64,000 nucleotides of DNA from Octopus bimaculoides. Taxonomy: Eukaryota. The notes beneath the pieces were generated by a model. The model saw nothing but the letters and a program-made list of their open reading frames with translations, made no database searches and was not told the DNA's origin. The stretch lies in contig NC_068987.1 in assembly GCF_001194135.2 (NCBI RefSeq), positions 58,895,487 to 58,959,486 on the forward strand, given 5' to 3'. The first letter of the stretch is position 1, and every line of letters starts with the position of its first letter. A program made the translations under genes and the position numbers. Positions 14,046 to 26,545 of this stretch are shown here, piece after piece.

Positions 14046-14167
14046 CAATGCAAAAAACACTCTGCAGACTGTGATAGTCAATAAAATAGAAATATAATCA
14101 AAATTTGTTTTCTTTTCTGTGTGACCTGATACCAAATGATCCACAGCCAGCTGGTTGGAAACCCCTG
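14046..14167 (+). mobile_element. hAT-like right terminus
   Basis: Ends ggttggaaacccctg; 14046-14093 resembles 12051-12098. Confidence 0.45.
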
Positions 14168-15446
14168 ACATATAGTATACCTTAGCTGAAACTTGGTAGT
14201 GTCCATTTGCAGTATAGTGGTCATATGTAATCTTGTACAAATACAAGAGCTGATAAGAATACTCAGCAATTATGTATATCACATTAAAAATGAACTTCAA
14301 TCTTGCTTGCTTGCTTGCAATGTTACACAGCCAAACCGGCACATAATGGGGAAATACTTTGAAAGTAAAATGTCCCTGAAGTATGAATGCAAATGGAATA
14401 AAACAAGTTTCACGTAAATCGGACCAGTGGTTATTGAGATATTCAGGGTTTGGGGGGTATAAATACCCAAAACAGTGCATAGTGGGAAAATACTCCGAAA
14501 ATAACTTAACCCTGAAAGAGAAGAAACTCTGACCTTTCCATTAGGCACACTATGATGGGCAAAATATTCTTAAGTGAAAGTGACTTTCAAAATACAGTAA
14601 ATATTTCATAAAAGACCTGTTTGTAACACTGGTGAGAAATAGTTTTTTTTCCATAGGTTTCTTTTGAGTGCATTCAAAATATCTCACCTCCAAAGATTTG
14701 GCTTCTATTTCTTGTACGCCCTGTCACCATTTAACAGCTATTTGCAATAAAGGGCTCAAAATACCTGTTACTTGGTAGCAGGGCGTGCAAGAAATAGCAG
14801 CCAAATCTTTCCTTTTCTTGGGAAAGGTGCCATTTACGCATGATTTCAATGTCACATTCATTGAAAGCATGTGAAATAATTACGAAAAGAAAAAAAAGAC
14901 CCATGAAACAAAACTCTGTTGCTGGGAAACTCAGACTTTCCTGGTACCTTGAATTATTGGTGACCCAGCGGGTCATGGGTAGTCTTGTTTCATTTTAAAT
15001 AATCTATTCGAGTAAAACATGGAAACTATTATTTTTACAGGTTCAATGGAAAGGCACTCAGGAAATATCTATCAACTGTGAAATACAACAGTAACAGCAA
15101 CAAAAGCAATGAAAAAATTTCTTTGGCTACATTGTATTGCTGCTCCTCGTTAGTTACAAACAGAGAGTAGACAGAGTGGAAAACAGTATTCCTCAATTTT
15201 CCTAAGGGTGCTTTGCAGATGATCAGTGGCAAGATTTGCAATATTTGGTTCAAACTTTAATAAATGACGATGTAAATCTCCCCACTACATTGTTGTCATT
15301 TTGCTTTTATTCCTCCTCCTCCTCATCATCACCATCACCATCATCATCATCATCATCATTTAACATCTTTCTTTCATAGTTTGGATGGTTCAACAAGATT
15401 TGATGGGTTAGAGGACTGTGCTGAACCTCTATGCTTTGACATTGAA

Positions 15447-15693
15447 GGTGGCACGTAAAATACACCATTTTGAGCATGGCCGTTGCCAGTACCGCCCGAC
15501 TGGCCTTTGTGCCGGTGACACGTAAAAGCACCCACTACACTCTCGGAGTGGTTCGCGTTAGGAAGAGCATCCAGCTGTAGAAACTCTGCCAAATCAGATT
15601 GGAGCCTGGTGTAACTACCTGGTTCACCAGTCCTCAGTCAAATCGTCCAACCCATGCTAGCATGGAAAGCAGACGTTAAACGATGATGCTGAT
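15447..15693 (+). mobile_element. Family A retroposon copy
   Basis: gttaggaagagcatccagc...aacccatgctagcatggaaag...gttaaacgatgatg. Confidence 0.8.
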
Positions 15694-16409
15694 ACTAATG
15701 ATTTTACAGTGTATACTGGATGCTTTCTTTGAGACACCAGCATTAGTGAGGTTACCATGTAACACACAAGACTAAAGAGCCTCCTTGACTGAGAAAGTAT
15801 ATTGTAAAGAGGAAGATAGCATTATACTAGGTGTTGAGATATTAATAAATGATAGAAGAACAAGAACAGATTTGTTGCTGTTGAGATGATATATAGCTAC
15901 CCAACATCATACAAGGGTGGCTGGAAGTAATTAATGTAGAGCTGGAAAGAGAGATAAAGATAGTGGTGACAAGATATCAGGACATACCCTGAAGGTACAA
16001 GATTAAAAGAAGAGAAAGTAGGCACAAAAGACCAGTGCAACATATGCAAACAAAAAAAGACTCTGCAAAGTTCAGAGCTGTTGATTGGCATGTAATCCTA
16101 CTATTCAGTGGTTTTGTATTTTCTACTTTTTTTTTCCACCAAATATCAGCAAAGATCAAAATTCAGATTACTGCAGTAAACATCTTCTTCCATAAGCTTG
16201 GATGAATTAAAGTAAATAAAAGATAGTTTGGCTTTATTTCACAATAAAGAATATTCCATTTGCATTGTAATATCATTTCAACAAGTAATGATTTTCAAAA
16301 CAAAACATCTTTAACATCTTCTTTTGTTTTAAGTCAATGATGGTCTCCAGTAGTTCAATTTTTTTTGTTCTATTTTGCACACAAATGGGGCTTGATCCAG
16401 GTGCCTTAA

Positions 16410-16629
16410 CCCTATAGCATTTAAACTGGCCATATTAGACCCAAATATTCTACCTGTTATAGGTTCAAACAGGCTAGATCCAACTTCTTACACTTATCCT
16501 ACAATGTCATTCGAAAAATAAACTATCACATCCTTAAAATATTGAAGCTACTGGATAATTCATGATTAATTCAAAACAATGTGAATAAATAAGCATTAAT
16601 TTTGACTGAGTAATCTGAATGCTAAAGGG
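16410..16629. mobile_element. piggyBac-like MITE (220 bp)
   Basis: TTAA on both sides (16406-16409, 16630-16633); TIRs CCCTATAGCATT / AATGCTAAAGGG. Confidence 0.8.
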
Positions 16630-16744
16630 TTAAGGAATACTTTAACTAAAAGCTGGCAGCCATCATTTGTAATAAGAGTGTTCATTTATAAGCTTAAGAG
16701 CTCAAAAAACTGAAGTTGAGATTTGAGCTGAGCAAAATGAATAT

Positions 16745-18419
16745 TTGCGACAATGGACTAAAGGGACACGGAAGTGTATGAGGTTTGCTATACCAATGGT
16801 ATGGCAGGAGCCCTTTAATCACGTGGACGACTGCTATTTTTGTAACCTGAATTTGAAGAGCATTAACCGGAAAAATGAACAAACGCTTGTCTATCCTAAT
16901 CTTGACTTTGATATTAGGCTGGTTCCACACAGTGAAGAGCTTCCTGTTCTTGTCTTCAATGTCTTGCCTCAGATAACTTTACCCTCAACAAAAGAAGATT
17001 CATCACCTGAAGACTTTACCTCAGCTATTCTCCCAGGTAGAGCTGGATGATCTAGTTCATGACTTGAACCTCCCAAAAACTTCTGCAGAACTGTTGGCTT
17101 CCCGACTGAAAGAGAAGAATCTTCTAGAGAATGGTATCCATATAATCTTTTATCGGAGTCAGCATGAAGACTTCCTTTCTTTCTTCACAAAAGAGGAAGA
17201 GTTGCTTTACAGCAGAGGTGTCAGTGAGCTTCTTAATAAACTTGGCATTGAGGAATACAAACCAGAGGGATGGCATCTTTTCATAGACAGCTCTAAGCAT
17301 AGTTTAAAATGTGTATTGTTGCACAACAGAAATGTGTATGGCCACTCAACAATTCTGAAGGAAAAATATGAAGAAATTAAATTGGTTTTAGAGAAGATAC
17401 TGTATCATGATCATAGATGGGTCATCTGCATTGACTTAAAGATGGTGAATTTTCTCATGGGACAGCAATCTGGTTATACCAAATACTCATGCTTTCTTTG
17501 CATGTAGGACAGTAGAGACAGAGTAAACCATTATGTTAAGAAAGGCTGGTTGCCTCAAACAAATATGGCTCCATTTAGAGCTGCCAACATATTGGAAGAA
17601 TCTTTAGTTGAGTGAGATAAAATCTTTTCCCCCACCCCTTAGCACATCAAACTCGGATTGATCAAGCAATTCGTCAAAGGTCTTGACAAAAATGGGGAGT
17701 GTTTCTGCAGTGTATTTCCAGACTTGATGATTGAAAAACTTAAAGCAGGGATTTTCGATCGTCCACAGATCTATAAGCTCTTGAAGGATACACATTTTGT
17801 GAAAATGATGAGCAAAAATGAAGCACCAGCTTGGTTAGCCTTTGCAGAAGTAGTGCAAAATTTCCTTGGGAAACACAAAGTGAATACTATAAAGACCTTG
17901 TTACCAACTTGATATCAACTTTTCGTGATATTGGCACAAATATGAACATCAAAATGCATTATCTTATAAGTTATCTTGATCGTTTTGTTGAAAATCTCAG
18001 AGATGTTAGTGATGAACAAGGCAAACGATTCCATCAGGACATCAAGATGGAAACATGGCACCAAGGACATTGGGACACTGTGATGATGGTAGACAATTCC
18101 TGGTGTTTAAAATGAGATACTCCTGTTGCTCAACATTCATGGTGCAAAAAGAAGTGTAAGTTTATTCCTTGAATTTTCTGCCAAAAATCTTTGCAAATGT
18201 GCATTTTCAATTTTCAATTTTTATTTGTACTTTGTTTTGTTTTGTGTTATGTTCTCTTTATTGATTCATATTATATGCCTCTTGTATGAATAAAATACTT
18301 ACTCTATCAGGTCTAGTCAGAAAACTATACCAAGTTATTTTTGAATTTAGCAGACAAAATCACTAAAGAATTCATTGAATTATTCCAGGCACCAGACAAA
18401 AAAAAATTGTTGCCCAGTG
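16745..18419 (+). mobile_element. Decayed DDE transposase, Chapaev3-like (CMC group), with right terminus
   Basis: Broken ORFs: IPMVWQEP.NHVDDCYFC, VPH, LFIDSSKHSLKCVLLHN, ICIDLK, GYTKYSCFLC, HIKLGLIKQFVK, VSDEQGKRFHQDI; ends ttgttgcccagtg followed by TAA. Family name is from recalled motifs and termini. Confidence 0.75.
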
Positions 18420-20639
18420 TAATGTAGTCTAGCACTGCATCTCTTCCTACTCACCCCCACTATCTTATCACTCTCTAACTCTCATTAATCCCTTGACACT
18501 ACTTTTCTTCTTTCCATCCCATTACTCTTTTCCCTAACACTGTCTCTTTCAATCTTACCTCTACTACCCACCCTCATCAATGAATCTGTGTGATCCAATA
18601 AGAACCGTTTTGGACCCTGACAAACTGTCCAATCCAAGCAAGCCTACTGAGTAGATTGAATCCACCCAATCACCTTTACAACTTTGTCTCCACTTTTCTT
18701 TACACTGATCCCTAACATCACTCTTCTACTTCTTATCCCCTCTTTGTCTTCTCTGTTATTTTCATCCCAACAGTGTTTCCTCTGTTATTCAAACCACCAT
18801 CATCCTCTCACAACAATAAATCTGTTCCTAGAATTATGAAGGTTTTCTTTTGCCTTGTGAACTACAAGGTGATCCCACCTGAACTGATACTACCCAGTAA
18901 ACTCTATACCTATCGGTGATCCATTCAAGCAGTGAAAACACAGGTATGAGTGTTCTTCAGCCTTGCTGGCACAAGGCAACCTCTTTAGTGGTGGTGCCAC
19001 GAAAAATGTACTCATTACACTCATTAAGTGGTTGGTGTTAGGAAGGGCATCCAGTCATAGAAACCATGTCAAAACTGAGACACTGGAATAGGATATAGTC
19101 CTTCATTCCACTGGATTGTCAAACCTTCCAACCCAGGCCAGCATAAAATACAAATGATGATGGCAGTGATTGATTGATAAAAGTATGCATGCATGAGGGG
19201 CTTCAGCACAGTTTCTGCTTACCAAGATACAATCAAAATGTGTTCATAAATCCAAGGTTAAAATAAGACACTTGCCTAAGGTTTTGCATAATGAGACAAG
19301 ACTTGGAATGACATGGTTGAAAAACAATCTCTTTAACCAAATAGCCAAATTTTTTTTTACTTATTTCCAACCTCAATAGTTACATCTCTGGTAGAATTTT
19401 TGTATGGCTTTACTTCAGAAGTGCTTTCATGCTTCACATAAAATAACCCTTCCACACATTTTATATATCATCTATTACAATACCTTATGTCATTTTGATG
19501 TTTAATCCAGTGTTGGTTATTTTCTCACAAGAGTTCTGTTATTGGGGGTAGATCTCCTTAAATGATTATTTGTATCATACATTTCTTCTCCTTCATCAGA
19601 AATGTTGAAGATGTTTCTTTGTGCTTTTCTTTGTTATGTTGATTTAAAATTTTGGCCCAAGTCCATCAAGTCCGGGGGAGGGAGTAAGTTGATTACATCA
19701 ACCTCAGTGCTTGACGGATACTTATTTTATTGACCCTGAAAGGACAAAAGGTAAAGTCAACCTCACTGGAACTTGAACTCAGAGAGTAAAGATGGACGAA
19801 ATACCACAAAGCATTTTGTCCAGCATGCTTACAATTCTGCCAGCTTTTTACTCTCTTACATTAGCCACATGTACTAACACACTAAACACTGTATTCATTC
19901 ATTAAATATCTGTTTTCTCATGCTAGCTTGGTTTAAATGGGGACTTATTTTAAAGCAGTATTATACAACTGAATACTCTACCTGTTTTCGTACATAAGGT
20001 ATTTCATAAAATTGTAGTGGGTTTTCAGATGTCCCAAGTGTTCAGTCATAATGCTAAGAACAAATGTAAACATCAGAAGTAGTAGAATGGTCAATGCTTT
20101 GTCCTTTGTAGCTACATTCTGTTTCTAAATTCAACCAAATCTTTTCCTTCTCAGTTGTCTATAAAATAATTACTAGTAATATCCTGGCTTTGGTTCAATG
20201 GATTAAAGATGTGTGTCTTTGTGCTGCTACAAGAAATCAGTATAGTTGGAAGAGTTTTTTTTTTTCTGTTGAATATAGGATTTTTACTCTTACTTTTGGC
20301 CATGGTCATGTTCACTTTCCAATTATATGGTAATATGAGAGGAGGGAAGACAAGTAACTTGTGTAGGCTTGGGTAGAGATTGTAAAAGGTTGATAGTAAC
20401 AATAGAGACATTAGTCTCTCTCTATCACCTTTCAACAAAATTATATATTAAGAAACAGTAGAACAATTAACAACATAATAAAAGTAAGTTTTATTTTGGT
20501 GATGCTCAACTTTACAAATCCTGTGTCATTCAGCTTAGCAGCCGCTGGTTAATTTGTAATCGGCGTCTGGATATTAAGAGCTTCGTTGAGGCATTTCAGA
20601 GGAGCAAGTTGTTGTTACATCAAAGGCATCACGCTAAAG

Positions 20640-20780
20640 AGGCATAGAAAGCGCGCGAAGCGCTTTAAGTACTAGTTTTACTATGCGTGCGCACTTGAGG
20701 GGCTTCCGGGAAGGCAAGTCCCTTGCGCATGCGTAGATTGTACTTTCTTAATGGCGGCTATAATTTCGCGCCACTACAAG
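20640..20780. promoter_or_regulatory. CpG-rich promoter-like island
   Basis: TGCGCATGCG (NRF1-like, 20724-20733), CTTCCGG (ETS-like, 20703-20709), AATGGCGGC (YY1-like, 20750-20758), TTTCGCGCC (E2F-like, 20764-20772) in a CpG-poor background; no gene linked. Confidence 0.55.
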
Positions 20781-21739
20781 ATTATTAGTAGTTAGCTAAC
20801 TCTGCGGAGAAATGGTCATTCGTATACCAGCAGAAGAGACAAAATAAAGAAACATTGTAAATGTGGTATAGAGGAAGAACACATTGGAATTAAGAAGTGT
20901 CAACTATTCCAGCCTACCAAAACCAAAATAGCTGTTACTCATAACTTCTTGAAATCATTTTAAACCATATTAAGCAAAAAGAATGGATTCTTGAAGTGGC
21001 TATGAGGCAAGAAGTTTACTTCTCAACCACATAGTTCTTGGTATAGTCCCACTGCGTGGTACCCTGGGCAAAGCCCTGTGAGTGGATATGGTAGATGGAA
21101 ACTAATAAAAGCCTTTCACACACACGTTACCATATTTTCTTCCATAACTGCCAAATCTGAAGAGCACATGCTTACATAATCAAGCTGTTATCTCACATCC
21201 CATTGAACCCCTAGTGTGAAACCGATTGGTAAGATCAACTGCAGTGGATATATAATACTATACACCGCTTTACAACCGGTGTTGGTCTCCCCATAACTAG
21301 TGGTTCAGCAAAAGGACCGATAGAGTGAGTACTAGACTTAAAAATGTACTGGAATCGATTCCTTTGACTAAAATTTCTTAAGGCAGTGCCGCAGTCTAAT
21401 GACAAAAGCAAGTAAACGATGAAAGATTTTGTATATATTTCATCAAAAATAAAGTTACAAATAACGGTGCATATTATTTCCTTATAGTAACCACATTTTG
21501 GTTCGTTTCTGATTTTGTGAATCTAAATTATTTAACTTGAGCCTTTTCTTGTCATTATTGTGGATAAATTGCAGAAGCGATAGAATAAAAATTAAAAGGA
21601 ATTTTTTTTTCTGCTTTTACAAATTACACTAGTTGGATATTTAAAAAAAAAAGTTAGTTAATGAATTACCTCCCTTGTATTACATTAAAAGAACACAAGC
21701 AATAAATTATAAGTGCTTTAAGCAAACGTATTTATATAT

Positions 21740-22106
21740 TGTTGTTGGCACTCTGTCGCTTACGACGTCGAGGGTTTCAGTTGATCCGATCAACGGAACA
21801 GCCTGCTCGTGAAATTAACGTGCAAGTGGCTGAGCACTCCACAGACACGTGTACCCTTAACGTAGTTCTCGGGGATATTCAGCGTGACACAGTGTGACAA
21901 GGCTGACCCTTTGAATTACAGGCACAACAGAAACAGGAAGTGAGAGTGAGAGAAAGTTGTGGTGGAAGAGTACAGCAGGGTTCGCCACCATCCCCTGCCG
22001 GAGCCTCGTGGAGCTTCAGGTGTTTACGCTCAATAAACACTCACAACGCCCGGTCTGGGAATTGAAACCGCGATCCTATGTCCGCTGCCCTAGCCATTGC
22101 GCCTCC
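21740..22106 (-). mobile_element. tRNA-derived SINE, family D, full length
   Basis: Nearly identical to 52257-52628 and 53967-54348; GTATTTATATAT direct repeat on both sides. Confidence 0.85.
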
Positions 22107-24140
22107 ACTGTATTTATATATATATTTATATACATACACTCATGCACATATATATTCATCCATTCATACACACGTACGTATGTATGTGATCATACGTATA
22201 TACATATATGATTTTATCTCTCTCTCTACTTTCATACATACACGATACCTTGTGACTTTATCAATGAACAGTGTTGTTGACCCCGATTCTTCCTAATTAT
22301 GCAAACATTTGATCAAAGACATTCCTGCTACAATTATCCCATCTTATTGTAAATCTAGGACTACATGTCCAAGGTGTATGTTAGTTTTCACAAAGCCTTG
22401 CTTTAATTGTATTTAGTTCTCACGGAATGAAAATACTGTTGTTTTGCCATTCTTTCATAATTCCGTTCACGCCTAGCATGAATGATCGGAATATTAATCA
22501 AACCACTCCTTTCATTGGTCAATATAGGTGTTGTAAAGGGTAAAGGTGCTCAGAGCACGATTCGAAATCGGAACATTAAAAATGAAGCCGTCGAGTATTC
22601 AGGAAACGACGTTTAGCGGAATTCTGATTTAAGCATCCCATATAAACCTTCAGAACTTTTTTTTATTTTTTTGAAATTTCGAGATAATTTTTCGCGAATT
22701 TGCGTTTTACACAGGAGAATTCATATGATTATGAAAAGTAAAGATTAAAAAAAAAAAAATGATCCCCACCCCGCACTTCCATCTTAAAAGTTCCATTCTT
22801 TTTCGAATTTTTTACTTAGTTCCTAGAATGGACCATCCTTAGGTGCATCATCATTCCATCAAATGNNNNNNNNNNNNNNNNNNNNNNNNNNNNNNNNNNN
22901 NNNNNNNNNNNNNNNNNNNNNNNNNNNNNNNNNNNNNNNNNNNNNNNNNNNNNNNNNNNNNNNNNNNNNNNNNNNNNNNNNNNNNNNNNNNNNNNNNNNN
23001 NNNNNNNNNNNNNNNNNNNNNNNNNNNNNNNNNNNNNNNNNNNNNNNNNNNNNNNNNNNNNNNNNNNNNNNNNNNNNNNNNNNNNNNNNNNNNNNNNNNN
23101 NNNNNNNNNNNNNNNNNNNNNNNNNNNNNNNNNNNNNNNNNNNNNNNNNNNNNNNNNNNNNNNNNNNNNNNNNNNNNNNNNNNNNNNNNNNNNNNNNNNN
23201 NNNNNNNNNNNNNNNNNNNNNNNNNNNNNNNNNNNNNNNNNNNNNNNNNNNNNNNNNNNNNNNNNNNNNNNNNNNNNNNNNNNNNNNNNNNNNNNNNNNN
23301 NNNNNNNNNNNNNNNNNNNNNNNNNNNNNNNNNNNNNNNNNNNNNNNNNNNNNNNNNNNNNNNNNNNNNNNNNTTTTTTTTTTTTTTTTGTAAAGCCTGG
23401 TACTTATTCTATCGGTCTCTTTTACCGAACACACTAACACCGGTTGTCAAGCAGTGGTGGAGGACAAATACATACACAAAGATACACGCACACTTCAGGC
23501 TTCTATCAGTTTCCGTCTACCAAATCCACTCACTTTGGTCAGCCCGAAGTTGTAGCAGAAAACACTTGCTCAATGTGTTACGCAGTAGGACTGAACCCGG
23601 AACTATGTAGATCGCTTAAACTTCTTACCTCACAGTTACATATAGGTATTAGTTCCAGAGCGGTAGATTCGGACGAGATACTTTCCTTTATCTTTTCCGG
23701 TTCTAAGTTCAAATATCATCTCCACTTAGAAGAGGGGAAAAATGTGATACTTCTGTCAGGAGTTGCGACCGACGGATAGTATCAGCAATGGAAGCATAGT
23801 TTCCTACCGTGACTATCACTACAAGCCACCCATGCAATTATTGTTTTGTTTTTCAGTTTTTTTGGTTTGTAGCTTTTGCAGGGGTCTCGAAAGGTTTTAA
23901 GTCGTACGTATTGGCCTTAGTACTTTATTTTTTCTTAAACTTGGTACTTAGTGGTTCGGCAAAAGGAACCGATTAAGTTACGAGGGATGTAAACAAGTCG
24001 GTTGTCAAGCGGCAATGGGACATACCCACACCCACACATCTTTTCTTTCCATTGTTTCAGTCATTAGACTGTGGCCATGCTGGGGCTCCGGCTTGTAGAA
24101 TTTTAGTCGAACGAATTGACCCCTGAATTAAAAAAAAATA

Positions 24141-24324
24141 GGTACTACTAAAGCAGCACGGACCCGTCCGCGCTAGCTAGTCTTGAGTGGTCGATCCTAA
24201 CCCTAACCCTAACCCGCGTGTGCAAATGAGTACGTGTTTAGGGTTAGGATTAGGATCGCCAATCACGACTAGCTAGCACGGACGCGCGACTGCGCGTTTG
24301 AGACCGTGCTGCTGTAGTAGTACC
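24141..24324. mobile_element. Foldback MITE with inverted (CCCTAA)n/(TTAGGG)n-like arms and 8-bp TSD, inserted in a SINE
   Basis: GGTACTACTA...TAGTAGTACC ends; AAAAAATA at 24133-24140 and 24325-24332. Confidence 0.85.
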
Positions 24325-24834
24325 AAAAAATATTTTTCCTATATCCAATACTTATTCTATCTATTTCCTTTTACCGAACCGCTAGATTACGAGGATGTAA
24401 ACACACCAACATCGGTTGTCAAGTGGTGATCGGGGACAAACACGTACGTACACATACATATATATACAAACATACATTACACTCACACACACGCGCGCAC
24501 AGTGGCTAAGTTAAGGCAGCTCGCTGTACAAAATACTTCCTTCCGGTTCTTTGCGTTCTGAGTTCAAATTCCGTCGAGATCGATTTTGCATTTCATCCCT
24601 TTGAGGTCAATGAAATAAGTACTAGTCTGGCATTGGGTCGATGTAATTGACTCGCACCCTCCCACAAGATTTCTGGACTTGTGCTTATACGTACGAGTAG
24701 CTAAATTTCCAACACTGGTAAGTATTGCATGCTATAATCTAAGGGAGTTAACTCTGACAAGCAAGTGCCGACGATATGCTCTTTGGGTTTGAATAATTGA
24801 CCCCCCCCCCACTGATTTTGATAGAACAATTTCA

Positions 24835-25109
24835 CCACTTGGGTGCTTTGTGCGGTGCCGTATTTTACCATAATCAATTTCCAGGACCTAGTCCATAAAA
24901 TCCCTGGAAAGAAAAGAAAAAAGTAAAAAAAAAAAAAACGAAAGAATTATCACAAATTGCAACTCCTCAACGACTTATGGGTCATCGGGGTTGCAATTTT
25001 TTCATAATTTTATTTTTTGACCTTTTTCTTTTCTTTTCAGGGATTTTATGGACTAGGTCATGGAAATTGATTATTAAAAAATATGGCACAGCACAACGCA
25101 CCCAAGTGG
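24835..25109. mobile_element. Foldback/MITE, near-complete 275-bp palindrome
   Basis: CCACTTGGGTGC...ggacctagtccataaaatccctg mirrored by cagggattttatggactaggtc...GCACCCAAGTGG; no TSD found. Confidence 0.8.
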
Positions 25110-25456
25110 AGTTCGTAAAATTTAACAGTGATGAATTGTAACGTTTGAGAGTAGGATCATTTGTTAGACGTTACAAACATAGCGAGATTTAAAATATTAA
25201 ATTACTTCATCGTCGTCGTCGTTTAACGTCCGTGTTCCATGCTGGCATGGGTTGGACGGTTTCACTAAGGGCTGGAAAGCCAGAAGGCTGCACCAAGCTC
25301 CAATCTGATCTGGCAAAGTTTCTACAGCTGGATGCCCTTCCTAACGCCAACTGCCCCAAGAGTTACTCATAAATTATAATTATAAATTAGGGAATACATT
25401 GACAATCTACAATCATCATTAACATAAATAATCTTTCCGTTTCACTATTGCCAATA

Positions 25457-25830
25457 GCCGTGGCTGTATGGTAAGAAGCTTGCTTACTAGCCACATGGTT
25501 CCGGGTTCAGTCTCACTGCGTAGCACCTTGGGCTAACGTCTTTTGCTAGAGCCTCGAGCCGATCAAAGCTGTGGTAGACGGTAACTGAAAGGAGCCCGTC
25601 GTATATTTTTTATATATCTATCAATTTATATGTGTTTGTCCCCCAGTACCGCTTGACAACCGGTGTTACTGTGTTTACTCCCCGTAACTTATCGGTTCGG
25701 TAATCAAGAACCGATAGAATAAGTACTAGGCTTAAAGTAAAAGTACTGAGGTTAATTCAATTGACTAAGAATTCTTCAGGGTGGTGTTCCAGCATGGCTG
25801 CAATCTAATGACTGAAGCAAGTAAAAGATA
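25457..25830 (+). mobile_element. tRNA-derived SINE, family C (bipartite, internal microsatellite)
   Basis: gtggctgtatggtaagaag...gggttcagtc head, cttgacaaccgg...gcatggctgcaatc body; related copies near 78, 20990, 23375, 24050, 29900, 38520, 45090, 45500, 55970-56600, 57050. Confidence 0.8.
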
Positions 25831-26212
25831 TATGCCTAAAACATTTCCCCAACTTGTACGTATTTTAAATATCTTGGTCACTTATGGGCGATAAAATCCT
25901 TATCGTTTCTTGTATTTAAGTTGCCTTAAATGAATATATTTACAAGTTTGTGGAGAAAATATATTCTAGACTACTTACGGGGCTTCATTCCTTGGTAAAA
26001 TCAAATTTTCCTCATGTGTGATGCTAACAGTCTTGAGAAATATATGAATGTCATATTATCTACGCACATACGCTTTTTGCAAAAACATAGATGTTTTGTG
26101 CCGAGACAAAGAAGAGCACTCTACACATGTTTAGATGTTTGAGTTGCTCGAGCCAACCTACCAAATGTTCTTATCTGGAAAGATGAAATTATCAGGCAGT
26201 ATGATAAATGTG

Positions 26213-26545
26213 AAGGTGCGTGACTCAGTGGTTAGAGCGTCGGGCGTACAATCATGAGGTAGTGAGTTCAATTCGCGGACCGAGCTGTGTTCTTGAGCAA
26301 GACACTTTATTTCACGTTGCTCCAGTTCACTCAGCAGTAGAAATGGATTGCGACATCGCTGGTGCCAAGCTGTATTTGCCTTTGCTTTTTTTCCCCTGGT
26401 CAGCATTGGTGGTATGGAGAGAGGAGGCTGGTATGCGTAGACGACTGCTGGTCTTCCACAAACAACAACCCTGACTTGTGCCTCGGAGGAGAATTTTCTA
26501 CGTGCAATCCCATGGTCATTCGTGATCGATGGGGGTCTTTACCTT
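26213..26545 (+). mobile_element. tRNA-derived SINE, family E
   Basis: tgactcagtggttagagc...gagttcaattc head plus gtgttcttgagcaagacactt; related heads near 1170, 5570, 13715, 43330. Confidence 0.7.

Noticed and set aside
15025-15265. Plus-strand acceptor (tttttacag) with downstream AATAAA, a possible terminal exon
   Set aside because: No recognisable peptide in any frame and no upstream exon could be linked.
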